The notes beneath the pieces are model-generated. The model did no database searches and was not told the DNA's origin. It saw only the letters and a program-made list of their open reading frames with translations. Source: Octopus sinensis (Eukaryota). Taken from it: a stretch of 64,000 nucleotides of DNA. The translations under genes were made by a program, and so were the position numbers. Below, in pieces: positions 12,130 to 25,020 of this stretch. The stretch covers positions 38,998,001 through 39,062,000 of the forward strand of contig NC_043003.1 of the NCBI RefSeq assembly GCF_006345805.1, written 5' to 3'. Within the stretch, counting starts at the first letter, position 1; every line of letters starts with the position of its first letter.

Positions 12130-13900
12130 TTTTTTTTTGTTTTTGCTTTTTATGACGCTTATTTTCATTTTATTGGACGTTCCTTTGTCATTTACCGTAG
12201 TTGGCATTTGTCATTTACCGTAGGTCATCTCTTTTGAAAGTTTACATCGAGGATTATTGATGATAATACCACCTATTTACACTCCTGGAATGTTTTCTAC
12301 TTCCCTCAAAAATTCTTAGTAGATTAGAGGACAGCACATATCCTTGCTTAACTATTTTTTAAATTCTGATGTTTTTCTTCGTCCAGTTCTTACTGTTTGC
12401 TTCCAACACAATTTCATTATTATTTGGATGGATTTATCTCATATTCCAAATTCCAATCGACAGTCAATAATTTTTATATGTATTAATCTGCCAAATAATT
12501 TGATATAGTCCCTAACGCATTTGCAAATATCAAGAACTATTTTACCTTTGGTTCTTAGGTTAAATATTTCTTCACGTTTTCATCCCCGGTTTAAAACTAC
12601 TTTGGAATCTATTTATTCATTTATTTTAATTTAATTCTTTATTGGACGATTAGTTTAGTCAAATGAGTCTTTGGGTTTATGATTCTAAACTATAAAATTT
12701 TGCGCTTTTGCCTTCTTTGATAATGCAAAAAAAAAAAAAAAAGGATTATTTAATCTTGATTGGTAGAAATCCATTCTCAAATATTGTTTAAAGTTGGTTA
12801 TTAAATCTAGCTGGAAGCTGTCTAAACTTTTATGCTTCTACTGGTATTTCACATATTCCACTTGTCTTTCTATCTTTTATTGCCTCGATTGCCTTTTCTA
12901 TTTGTTTCAAGATTTTGTTTCCATTAGCAGCAACAAAATTGGGCACAAGCAGTTTGTTCTCATCATTATAGTTTTTTTCAATGTTTTCAGCTCATCTATC
13001 CAATCGAGATACAATCTATTCTTGATCAAACAATATGTTTTCATTTCTGTCCCTATTGTTAGCATTTATTTTTTTTTTATTCATGCATTTGTCACTTGTG
13101 ATCTCATTTATTTTATCATGAATTTCTTTAGATTTGTGCTTGTTATTCAGTTTTACAATTTCTTAGCATTGATCATCCAACTACTTAGTTTTTGTTTTCT
13201 TACTGTCAAAACAGATCTCTTTATTAAGGGTGTTATATTTATCTTGGTCGTTATTCTCCTATTTCTTTCTTCATCTAATCTTTTGATAGTGTTTCATCCG
13301 TCATCCAGTTATTCTTCTTTTCTTTTTAACCTTTCAGGCGGTCTTTTCATTAGTGATGTTTGCATGCAAATTCTAATTGCTTTCCATTTTTCTTCTATTT
13401 GTTCTCTATTAAAAGGGTCTTATATTTCTTCTTCAGTATGTAAATATCCATATTGGTTTCGTGTTTTCACATTATATTTTTATTTGGACTCTGTTTAAAC
13501 AAGTTTCAGTTTATTTGTTTTTGTCTGTTAACCATTTGCATTTTGTTTAATTTGATTTGTAATTTAATAACCCCCTGATTATGGTTTGTATTGATATCTG
13601 CTCTAGAGTATACAGTTTCTAAACCACGAGTGCAACCGTACATAATCTATCCGATTTCTTGTTATGTTTCATAGACTCAACATCTAGCCATTTACTTTCT
13701 GTTATTCTCATGATGCCAATATACATTTTTTTCTTTTCTTTTTTTTCTCTCTCTATTAGAATTGACAAATTTTCATGGTTGATATAATGCTCCTATTTTT
13801 AAGTTCATTGATATACATTTTCAGAGCAGCACAATCAAACAGTAATCTCCTGTTATGGTTACAGTAATCATCAAGAGTCCTACTCACTGAGGAATTCGTC
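12130..13900 (-). mobile_element. Heavily decayed RTE-type LINE (end of APE domain through start of RT)
   Basis: Minus strand fragments resembling W(M)TDE(IL), WLDDQCKEI..LNNKHKSKEIHDKIK, NILFDQE and SQS(G)FKPGM..REEIFNLRT. Confidence 0.7.
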
Positions 13901-14048
13901 TCTTCTTTGCTGTACTTAGTATCTGAAATAACTGTAAAGGACCCACGTTCACTAACCCTTTCTTATCATCTTCTAGTAATATCCAAGGCTAATAAGGGTA
14001 TATATATGGCAGGATTCCAATCCATTTCACGGTTATTGATCTCTGATC

Positions 14049-14280
14049 GGCGGCGAGCTGGCAGAAACGTTAGCATCCGGGCGAAATGCTTAGCGGTATT
14101 TCGTCTGTCGTTACGTTGTGAGTTCGAATTCCGCCGAGGTCGACTTTGCCTTTCATCCTTTCGGGGTCGATAAATTAAGTACGAGTTACGCACTGGGGTC
14201 GATGTAATTGACTTAATACCTATGTCTGTCCTTGTTTGTCCCCTCTGTGTTTAGCCCCTTGTGGGTAATAAAGAAATAGG
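14049..14280 (+). mobile_element. SINE family B (tRNA head plus a Nin/Deu-like central domain), full copy
   Basis: ggcggcgagctggcag head, gagttcgaattcc B box, central gactttgcctttcatcctttcggggtcgataaattaagtac. About 20 more copies occur in the window (e.g. 8555-8720, 17391-17605, 24420-24605, 33980-34185, 48075-48287, 61378-61590, 63025-63225). Confidence 0.85.
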
Positions 14281-14289
14281 TTACTGATC

Positions 14290-14690
14290 TCTGATACTTT
14301 TATGTCGGAGGGATGTCCTGGACGTATCACACATCTCGCCGTCATATCCCCCTATTCATTAACATCTGATTTAGTTCATCTGCTTCTGCCATTCCAGTTT
14401 CTTGTATTCATGAGGTAACGTCTCTCATACAATACTTATTTTGAGACCACCTATACCCTCCACTTAACGCAGTCCTCCAGCCAAAGCGAGATAGCATGGT
14501 GTGGCCATCGATGTACACAATGAGATCCTTGGAGTCACAGTGAAAGTTGTGTATTGGAGGAAGTCCAGTACTCCTGTCCGTGTTTATTTTGACTAAGACG
14601 TAAAGCATGATACGGTTAGAAAGGTTCAACCCATTAGCAAAGTATAGCACACTCCTCAATTTCGTGTTAGTAATTCTCGAAAGCATTCAT
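14290..14690 (-). mobile_element. Very old RTE-like 3' relic
   Basis: Weak similarity to the RTE C-terminus (LPPI...GH...W...TGMAEADELNQMLMNR). Confidence 0.4.
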
Positions 14691-14814
14691 AGATTCCTTT
14701 GTCTCCATTCTTTTATATTAAAATTATTGGCACTTTTCATCTTCCTTCGATTAATTATATAGAACAAAAACTGACAGATGTTCACCGATATCATTTAATA
14801 CTAATGATAATCAC

Positions 14815-15018
14815 TTCTTCTTTAGGTGCAAGGCCTAAAATTTCGGGTAAGGAGACTAGTCAATTTCATCGGCCCCAGTACACAACTGGTACTTATATTA
14901 TTGATTCCGAAAGGATAAGAGGCAAAGTAATCCTCTGGGAAGTTTGAACTCGGAACAAAAAGACGAGCGAAATGCTGCGAAGAATTTTGCCCGGCTAACG
15001 ATTCTGCCAGCTCCCGCC

Positions 15019-15050
<32 letters not shown>

Positions 15051-15545
15051 ATGGTTTCAAATTTTGGCTCAAGCCAGCAATTTCTAGGGAGAGGGTAAGT
15101 CGATTACATCAACCCCAGTGCTCTCTGGTACTTATTTCATCGTCCCCAAAAGGATGAAAGGCAAAGTCAACATCGGCAGAATTTTGATAATAATAATAAT
15201 AATAATGATAATAATAATGGATTCAAATTTTGCCGCAAGGGCAACCATTTTGGAGGAGGGGATAAGTCGATTACATCGACCGCAGTGTTTCACTGTTTTT
15301 ATTTATCGACCCCTGAAAGGAGGAAAGGCAAAGTCGACCTCGGCGGAATTTGAACTCAGAACGTAAAGGCGGACGAAATACCGCTAAGTATTTCGCCCGG
15401 CGTGCTAAAGTTTCTGTCTTTTCTACTATAGGTACAAGGCCATAAATTTGTGGGGCGGGGGCCAGTCGATTAGATCGACCCCAGTACGCAACTGATACTT
15501 TATTTATCGACCCCGAAAGGATGAAAGGCAAAGCAACCTCAGCGG
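14815..15545 (-). mobile_element. Head-to-tail cluster of four partial family B SINEs
   Basis: Four same-orientation occurrences of the central domain (atcgaccccgaaaggatgaaaggcaaagtc variants), separated by TAG/TAA tracts. Confidence 0.8.
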
Positions 15546-15592
<47 letters not shown>

Positions 15593-16559
15593 TACTGTGA
15601 CTATGTTATCTGTTAGAGCAGCACAGTGCGAAGTAATTCGACAAGGTTTAGTCACTTTTTAGATATAGATACATACTATACATTGATAAACCTTTCATTT
15701 ATTTTGTGCTTATTTGCAGGTAACAAATTTTCATTGAAATTCTCACAATATGGTATGGAATTGTCTTCGTAAACATTTATTCTCTATTCATTCCTTAATT
15801 ATGTTTATATTAGAACCAAGTTTTCTATATATACGGCTCGTAATTACATTTTGTTTTCCATTACATACTGCTGTCGTTACACATTCAAGTAATCATCACC
15901 ACCTGTTGTCATGTTTGTTCTTTTTTTATCATCATATAACCGAAGCGTTTATCCACGTGCAAACAACCCTCAGGCTGTTGTTATATTTTTCCTGTAACTA
16001 TAGATAAGTTCATAGTCATTTAATTCAACGTTCACACACTTCTTAGGCCTGATTCAAATCTCTGACATAGCTGTTATATTGAACTAACTGGACCCGCGGA
16101 AACTTCATAACGTTATTTCATTATCTTGGAGATTTCGATTACACCTTCGGTAGTTAAGGTTGTTCCAAGTTTAACACTCAAACTTGCTCTATTTAAAGGT
16201 TTTGATTATATCTTTGAGTTCGTTCCATAGCAAATCGCAACACTCGAGAACATATGTGGGTAAGAAGATCGCTTTGCATTCATGTGGTTTCAAGTTCAAC
16301 CCCAATGCGTAGCATCTTTGTCAAATGTCTTCCCCTATAGCTCCGGGCTGACTAATTCGTTGTAAGTGAATTTGGTAGTCGAAAACTGCAAAAGTTCGTC
16401 ATGCGTGTGTGTGTGTGTGAAGGCGTATGGCTTAGTGTTTTGGGTGTTGCGCTCACGATCGTGAGATTGTGGGTTTAATTCCCAGATTAGCTGTTCGCTG
16501 AGTTCTTCAGCAAAACATTTCATTCCACGTTGCTCCAATCCAGTCAGCTGTAAATCAAC

Positions 16560-17200
16560 AACAAGGACCTGAATAAAGGTCGTGTTAGGATATTCAACAA
16601 AACACCCCTGTTTCCAGAGGTGAAGTATTCAAACCCTAAAGAATCCCACTCAACACATGGCTATGATGCTCCTCCGCTACTTTCATGATCAGAGATGCAC
16701 ATAAAGTCAGACTAGCGTTCTGTCATCGGGGAATGCTGGCTGCTCACCAAGCCAACGGTGTGGCTTCATTCGATAGCAACAACAATCCAAGAAAGCGCAT
16801 TGTGACCAGCGGTGCATAACAACACCCGATAGCCTGGTTAATACTGCGATACTGAGATCCATATATAATCATCATTATTATTATTTTGGTTTGGCTCAGG
16901 TTCAGTCTTATTCCTAGTAGAATTTATGTAGGTAGCGGGTTACTACCTGTAACCTTAGGTATCCACAAATTTTCAGCAGTTTTCAAGTGCTTAGGATCCT
17001 CCTAATAATCCTTGCTATCCCTAAGAGACAAACTTTCTGTAGAAGATCTACCGGGCATTCTTTTTCAATCTCCTTCAGCCATTTGTCTATATCTTGGCTT
17101 ACTGTTCCCAACGCACCAATCATTATAGACAGGACCTTTACTATTCGCAAACTCCAAATTTTTCCTTTGTCAAATTTTAAGGTATTGTACATTTTTGGTT
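16560..17200 (-). mobile_element. R4/Dong-clade non-LTR retroelement: end of the restriction-like endonuclease plus 3' UTR
   Basis: Minus ORF ...KIWSLRIVKVLSIMIGALGTV..DIDKWLKEIEKECPVDLLQKVCLLGIARIIRRILST*. The 3' UTR sequence recurs at 17850-17990. Confidence 0.8.
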
Positions 17201-17321
17201 TTCTTCCTCTTTCTTTACAATCCTAGATGAAACGGGTATCATAGGACGATAAGTAAGCAACTTCGCTTTTTCTTATCTATGATTGTTATTATTATTATTG
17301 TTGTTGTTGTTGTTGTTGTTG

Positions 17322-17354
<33 letters not shown>

Positions 17355-17621
17355 GTAGTAGTAGTAGTAGAAGTAGTAGTAGTAGTAGTAAGGCGGCGAG
17401 GTAACAGAATCGTTGGCGCGCCGGACGAAATGCTAAGCAGTATTTCGCCCGTCGCTACGTTCTGAGTTCAAATCCCACTTAGGTCGACTTTACCTTTCAT
17501 CCTTTCGGGGTCAATAAAATAAGTACCAATTGAGCACTGGGATCGATGTTATCGACTCATCCTCTCCTCCAAAATCGTTGCCCTTGTGGCAAAATTTGGA
17601 ACCACTATTAATATTATTATT

Positions 17622-18080
17622 GAGTGAAAGAGCAGTGCATGCCATCAAAATGACATTGGGGTACAAATATACGAAGCCCAGTATACCCATCGTGACTACA
17701 CGTCTGATAAGGGTACATCAGGCACATGCATCACAACCATATGTGCGCGACATGGGGAACTCATATCAATATAAATAGCTCATGACCTTGCAGGTGGGGC
17801 CCAGTTAGAATTTTCTTCAGGCTGAGAAGCCCATCCCGCTCAAAAAGTTCCTGAATAAAGGTCGTGTAAGGATATTCAACGAAACACCCGTGTTTCCAGA
17901 GGTGAAGTATACAAACTCTAAAGAATTCTACTCAACACATGGCTATGATGCTCCGTCGCTACTTTCATGATCAGAGATGCACATATCATCAGCCACTAAG
18001 GGACATGCTCAACTGGTTGAGGTGAAACAGCTGACAAGCAAATCTGTGGTATCAAGCAGAATATTTGCTGTAGCCCATCT
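17622..18080 (-). mobile_element. R4/Dong-like 3' UTR and terminus ending in (TAA)n
   Basis: Shares about 140 bp with 16565-16705. Terminus gcactgctctttcactcaataataat also seen at 34396. Confidence 0.65.
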
Positions 18081-18383
18081 TTTTATTAATATTTTTATTA
18101 TTGTTGCTGTAGCTGTTTAATGCAGTTTGATTCGTTTCCATGCGACTTAGTTTAACTTAAGGTGGAACTCCCACTAAATGTATTGAGTGCCTTTTCTTTT
18201 CATTTATCCACTCACTCATATGTGTGTGTGTATAGCAGCAGGCGTGGCTTGTGGTAAGAAGCTTGGTTCCCCAAAACATGGTTCTGGGTTCAGTCCCACT
18301 GCGTGACACCTTGGGCAGCTGTCTTCTACTGTTTCCTCGGACCGATCAAAGCCTTGTGAGTGGATTTTGGTAGACGGAAACTG

Positions 18384-18422
<39 letters not shown>

Positions 18423-18429
18423 TATATTT

Positions 18430-18838
18430 CTTTTACTCTTTTACTTGTTTCAGTCATTTGACTGCGGCCATGCTGGAGCACCGCCTTTTAATCGAGCAAC
18501 TCGACCCCGGGACTTATTCTTTTGTAAGCCCAGTACTTATTCTATCGGTCTCTTTTGCCGAACCGCTAAGTAACGGGGACATAAACATACCAGCATCGGT
18601 TGTCAAGCAATGCTAGGGGGACAAACACAGACACACAAACGCACACACGCATATATATATATATATACATATACACGACGGGCTTCTTTCAGTTTCCGTC
18701 TACCAAATCCACTCACAAGGCATTGGTCGGCCCGGGGCTATAGCAGAAGACACTTGCCCAAGATGCAACGCAGTGGGACTGAACCCGGAACCATGTGGTT
18801 GGTTAGCAAGCTACTTACCACACAGCCACTCCTGCACC
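18430..18838 (-). mobile_element. SINE family A full copy, adjoining the microsatellite of an opposite-strand A head (18238-18385)
   Basis: Alignment by eye with 5214-5633. Confidence 0.9.
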
Positions 18839-18900
18839 TATATATACATTTATTATACATATATATATTCTATATTATATATATATATATATCTATATTC

Positions 18901-18946
<46 letters not shown>

Positions 18947-18956
18947 TATATAAAGG

Positions 18957-19276
18957 GTAAAGACCCCCTTCGGTCATGAATGACCATGGGATTGCACCTA
19001 GAAAGTCCGGGCAAGGTTGTTTATGGAAGACCAGCAGTCGCCCATGCATACCGGCCTCCCCTCTCCACGCCACCAGTGTTATCCAAGGGAAAGACAAAGG
19101 TCGATACAGCTTGGCACCAGTGACGTCGCAACTCATTTCTACAGCTGAGTGAACTGGAGCAACGTGAAATAAAGTGCCTTGCTCAAGAACACAACACCCA
19201 GCCCGGTCCGGGATTCGAGCTCACAACCTCACGATCGTAAGCTCGACGCTCTAACCACTGAGCCATGCGCCTTCAC
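18957..19276 (-). mobile_element. SINE family C (tRNA head, CORE-like ttgagcaaggcactt body, distinct 3' tail), young-looking full copy
   Basis: A box TGGCTCAGTGG and B-box-like GCTCGAATCCC. Related copies at 16425, 26395, 41221, 42126 and 63590. Confidence 0.85.
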
Positions 19277-19279
19277 TAT

Positions 19280-20068
<789 letters not shown>

Positions 20069-20464
20069 AGTATGTGTGTGTTTGTTCCCCTCGCCATCGC
20101 TTGACAACCGATATTAGTGTGTTTACGTCCCCGAAACTAAGCGGTTTGGCAAAGGGGTCGATAGAAGAATAAATACTAGGCTTACAAAGAATAGTCTTGG
20201 GGTCGATTTCTTCGACCAAGGCGTGGTCCAGTATTGTCGCAGATGACTGAAACAAGTAAAAGATATATATATATATATATATATATAATAATAAATATTA
20301 GGGAATAAATCCAAATTACAGGGAAAAAAATCAGATTTAGGATTAAATCCAATTTTATAGTAAAATATTATATAATATTAATTAGAGACAAAACCACTAT
20401 TTTGCAAAACAAACAAGGAAAGACTTAATCAATACATAATTTTACTAAAAAAGTCAAAAAACCG

Positions 20465-20507
20465 CCACTACAATTGTTTCTTGTCCTGATCGACAATCTT
20501 CAGGTGG
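20465..20507 (-). ncRNA. Minimal type I hammerhead ribozyme, intact core (left arm)
   Basis: Exact reverse complement of 20576-20618. Confidence 0.85.
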
Positions 20508-20575
20508 ACTTCCAATTTTCAAGTCAGTTTCAAATTAAGAAGTCATAATTTGAAACTGACTTGAAAATTGGAAGT

Positions 20576-20618
20576 CCACCTGAAGATTGTCGATCAGGAC
20601 AAGAAACAATTGTAGTGG
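20576..20618 (+). ncRNA. Minimal type I hammerhead ribozyme, intact core (right arm), predicted cleavage after A20614
   Basis: CCAC-CUGAAGA-UUGUC-GAUCAG-GACAA-GAAA-C-AAUU-G-UA-GUGG: stem I CCAC/GUGG, stem II UUGUC/GACAA, palindromic stem III ACAAUUGU, GUA triplet. Confidence 0.87.
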
Positions 20619-20773
20619 CGTTTTTTTTGACTTTTTATTAAAATTTTATGTATGATTAAGTCTTTCTTGTTTGTTTTGCAAAATAGTGGTTTTGTCTCTA
20701 ATTAATATTATATATATATATATATACATATATATATACATAAATATATACATATATATATATATGTAGTATG

Positions 20774-20808
<35 letters not shown>

Positions 20809-20825
20809 TATATATATATATATAT

Positions 20826-20887
<62 letters not shown>

Positions 20888-20888
20888 C

Positions 20889-20919
<31 letters not shown>

Positions 20920-20988
20920 GATATATATATACATAAATATATACACACACACATATATATATATAGATATATATATACATAAATATAT

Positions 20989-21019
<31 letters not shown>

Positions 21020-21299
21020 ATATACACATAAATAAACACAAACACACACACACACACATATATATATATATTGTGTGTGTGTATGTCCGTTCCACTAGGC
21101 AATCAGTGTTGATATGCTTGCATTCCCGTAACTTAGTGGTTCGACTAAGAGACCGATAGAATAAGTGCTGGACTTACCCCTTATCCTATCAGAACTGAGG
21201 ATCTTAATTCTTTAACTAAACTCGTCAAGGCGGTGCTCCAGCATGGCTACAGTCCAAAGGGTGAAACAAATAAAAAATAAAAAAGAATATGTATTCTTC

Positions 21300-22400
21300 G
21301 ATATTCTACATTTTTAGACATTCGCTGTGGAAATGGACAATTGATATTTGATGATCTGTGTAATAATAGCAGTTGTTATCGATATTTTATTATTGAAGAA
21401 ATTATCATCCGGCTCAATATAATTTTCCATATTCTGTATTGTATAATCTGTATATTCAAAAGCTTTCAAATCCATTATGTCTGCTTCCCTATTGTCAAAT
21501 GTTGTTTACCATAATAACTGATACTTTCGGTTTTTTTCTTCCTAGTCACATTCTAGTACTTGTTGCATTCATCCAATTGCGGCTATGCTGGAGCACAATC
21601 TTGAAAGAGTTTAAATCGAACAAATCGATCTCTGTATTTACTTTATCGGTCTTTTGCCGGACCACGAAGTTAGGGAAACAGTTGCCGAGCAGTAGGGAAG
21701 AAACTCAAGGACATGTATACATACATACATACATACATACATACATACATACATACATACATACATACATACACATATACATGCACACAGACAGACAAAC
21801 ATGCATGCATACCCAATATATACATGCACAATGATAATAAGTCCGTTAAATATGTGTGTATATGAGGGGCTTCCACACAGTTTCCATCTCAGTCCAGGGT
21901 GATAAGGGAATGCGACACGATGAGACTGAATCCGAAACTACGAAGTTGCGAAACGGACCATGCAGCAAGGCCCGCATATATTTGAGAACAATCTTTTTGC
22001 GATTTCTGTTAATCAACTTTATCATTATAGGCAGTTGGTACCAGTTCATCATTGTTACTGAAGGTAACATACCCCAGTGTTGTTATTTTCTGTCTTAAGT
22101 CCTCTACTTTCCCGGAAAGCAGTCAGCTGACTCTTTACAGATTTAGTACCTGATCGCAGGGTACCCTTCCATCCGTCCTCCTCACAGCTTTTTTATATAC
22201 AACTGAGAGCTGATCTCCAGCTTAGAGACAACAATGTCTATTACTTCAAATCTTTCTTTAGATTTTCCTATAGTATGACTTGTTTTCTTCCTCACCTTCT
22301 GTAACCTTAGAGACTTTACTTCAAACACCAAGTCCATTGTAGTTTTATGTTGCAATCCCGCTGTAAACTCGTCCATTAAAAAGTCGAGCGCTCGTTTTTG
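21300..22400 (-). mobile_element. L2/Crack-type LINE 5' relic (ORF1 pieces and ORF2 leader), interrupted by a SINE tail and microsatellite
   Basis: Minus strand LQHKTTMDLVFEVKSLRLQ, PIMIKLINRNRKKIVLK and MDLKAFEYTDY..NMENYIEPDDNFFNN..DNNCYYYTD resemble recalled ORF1 and pre-APE ORF2 leaders of this group. Confidence 0.55.
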
Positions 22401-22814
22401 TATCGTTGATTTTCTCAGCTACCATCTTCTTTTCAATCTCACATTGCCTTGTTATGAAAGTGAAATGCGAGTGAATATTCAAAACTATATTTTCTTAATA
22501 TTCTGTTGTTATTAGCAAATTCTTTCTTTCGTTTGTGATATTAAGGTTTTGACAATAATTTTCTTGAATTATATTTTACAAAATATTTTTTCAGTGCGGT
22601 ACTTACTTTACCAGTCTCTTTATCTCGAACAGCAACTGATGATGCACCAAAGTTTGTTATGATTTTATTATATAAGTCCTCACTTTTAGTAATTTTCATA
22701 AAAATTTATTACGGGAACAGTAGTCCATGCAAGCGACTCAAAGCAGACACATTCTGGAGGGACAGTATAAAGAAATATGGAGAACAGATCACTTCTTTGG
22801 AGATATGCTGTGCT

Positions 22815-23225
22815 TGAGAAGACCCGGCAAGCCAAGTGAGACCGTAACCGTGGCCTGTACCAGTGCAGCATAACCGGCCCATTTAAGAGTACTCTTCAAT
22901 CATTGGGCAATAAACTGCGCTTGCGAAGACCTGTTGAGTCAAGTGGTCGTTGCCAGTGCTGCCTGACTGGCTCCCGTACCGCTGGCACGTAAAAAGCACC
23001 ATTCAAGCATGGTCGATGCCAGTACCGCCTGACTGGCCCTCGTGCCGGTGGCATGTAAAAAGCACCCACTACACTCTCAGAGTAGTTGGCGTTAGGAAGG
23101 GCATCCAACTGTAGAAATTTGCCAGATCAGATTGGAGCCTGGTGCAGCCTTCTGGTTTGCCAGCCCTCAGTCGAACCGTCCAACCCATGCCGTCATGGAA
23201 AGTGGACGTTAAACGACGACGACGA
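22815..23225 (+). mobile_element. SINE or non-autonomous element with RTE-type tail ending in (GAC/GAT)n; internal ~50-bp tandem duplication
   Basis: gccagt.c.gcctgactggc.c.cgt.ccg.tggca.gtaaaaagcacc occurs twice (about 22952 and 23018); tail ggacgttaaacgacgacgacgat. Confidence 0.7.
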
Positions 23226-23233
23226 TTATGATG

Positions 23234-23296
<63 letters not shown>

Positions 23297-23309
23297 CATC
23301 TATCTATCC

Positions 23310-23395
<86 letters not shown>

Positions 23396-23524
23396 ATAAC
23401 TGTCTGTCTATCTATCTCTCTATACATATTTATATATAGCAGGTTGTTTGTTATGGCCGGTGAGAGATTTTCGCACCTATATGGCGCTTAGCTGTATACA
23501 CACACGCTTACACACACGCATCCC

Positions 23525-23576
<52 letters not shown>

Positions 23577-25020
23577 CATTAATTTCCGAGTGTTTCATTG
23601 AAATTCAATGTCACGAATATTGTTATATTATGCAATGGTATATGCAACCAATTTTTAACACCGGAATAAAATTACATATGTGTTGTACGTATATTGCTGA
23701 TATGAGTTTTATTGGAATGTAACTGTCAGTTAGTTATATTTAACCATATATTTAACAAAGTATCATTAATCATAACTTAGTCGGTTGACGCTGTTATCAC
23801 TTGTTATAATTCATTCTCTGTAAGCTGATTACTACTTCTGGCAGCTGAATTGCTTCGTCTTTGATATATTCCAGACATGCAGCTCAGTTACCCATATGAA
23901 ATATTGTCAGTGGAAACATTTCCATTAACTGAGATTATCGTCAACAGCTGTTCAAAATATACAAAACACCAACAAAAAAAATACGAGGTTCATACTATGC
24001 TTCCAGATATGCTCTCCCGTCTCAAACCACCATAAACATTTACCATGGCCTTAGTGGTTTATTTATGACAGTATTTCCTTCAATACACGCTGAAAATTCG
24101 TTGGCCATCGCAATGCCTTCAAAAGACCATCAGAAAAAGCAAAAGATTTCTTCATATATCACTCATTCTGCAGCTTCTGTCGTCTTCTTGCTTGTGTTCT
24201 TTTTCTCTTTTACTTGCTTCAGTCGTTGAACTACGGCCATGCTGGAGCAGCCCCTTGTAGGGTTAGTCGAACAAATCGACCCCAGTACTTATTTTAAGTT
24301 CAGTACATATTCTATCGATCTCTTGTCAAATCCAAACCAACAGCAGTTATCTAGCAATAAGAGGACAAACACACTGAAAGATCTATATAAAAAGCCCAAT
24401 CATTTGTGCAGAAAACCTGAAATTGGGTGAGGGGTTCAATCGATTACTTCGCCCTCAGTGCTCAACTGGTATTTTTTTCATCGACCCCGAAAAGATGAAA
24501 GGCAAAATCGCACATGGCAACATTTGAACTCAACAGATAAAGCCAGAAGAAATGTCACTAAGTCTTATATCTGGCGCGGTAACGATTCTGCTAGCTCGCC
24601 GCCTTAATGTTTTCAAATTTTGGCTAAACCGGCAACCTGCTTAGGAAGGAAGGTGGTTTTTCTTAGATACTTATAAGGACGGAAAAGCAAAATAGGTCAA
24701 AAGACAGAGGAACTCAGTCGAGTCAACGCTCATCCAACAGCTGGCAGTGAAAGACCCTAGTCTTTCTGTAGACATCTCTCTAGGACAAGGAAAATCTGAA
24801 ATAATACCTGTCTCATTGTTCTTGCTTGTTTCTGGACTACTTGGCTTTGTAGGTGTTAATCTTAGCTGTGCAAATCAAGTTGTTATTCACTATATTTCAT
24901 TTCGATCATTGCCAGTTCTTGTTTTTAGTATTTAAAATAAGATAAATGCCAAGGAAGGCCATATTCGTCTACGAGTTGACAGCTACCATAAATATACGTA
25001 TGTATGTATGTACGTATGTA

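Larger units (their letters stand above)
20369..20714. repeat. Long palindrome (arms of about 169 bp, 8-nt loop AGAAGTCA at 20538-20545)
   Basis: 20463-20537 is the exact reverse complement of 20546-20620. The outer arms differ by a few indels and substitutions. Confidence 0.97.

Noticed and set aside
12794-13498. 234-aa hydrophobic plus-strand ORF
   Set aside because: It is the antisense shadow of an A-rich RTE relic; no recognisable domain or splice signals.
15690-15726. Polypyrimidine-AG immediately followed by GTAAC (recursive-splice-like site)
   Set aside because: A single short motif expected by chance; there is no evidence this region is intronic.
17950-17995. CTGATGA...GAAA on the minus strand in the Dong 3' UTR
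   Set aside because: No stem III or NUH site and no stem I pairing.
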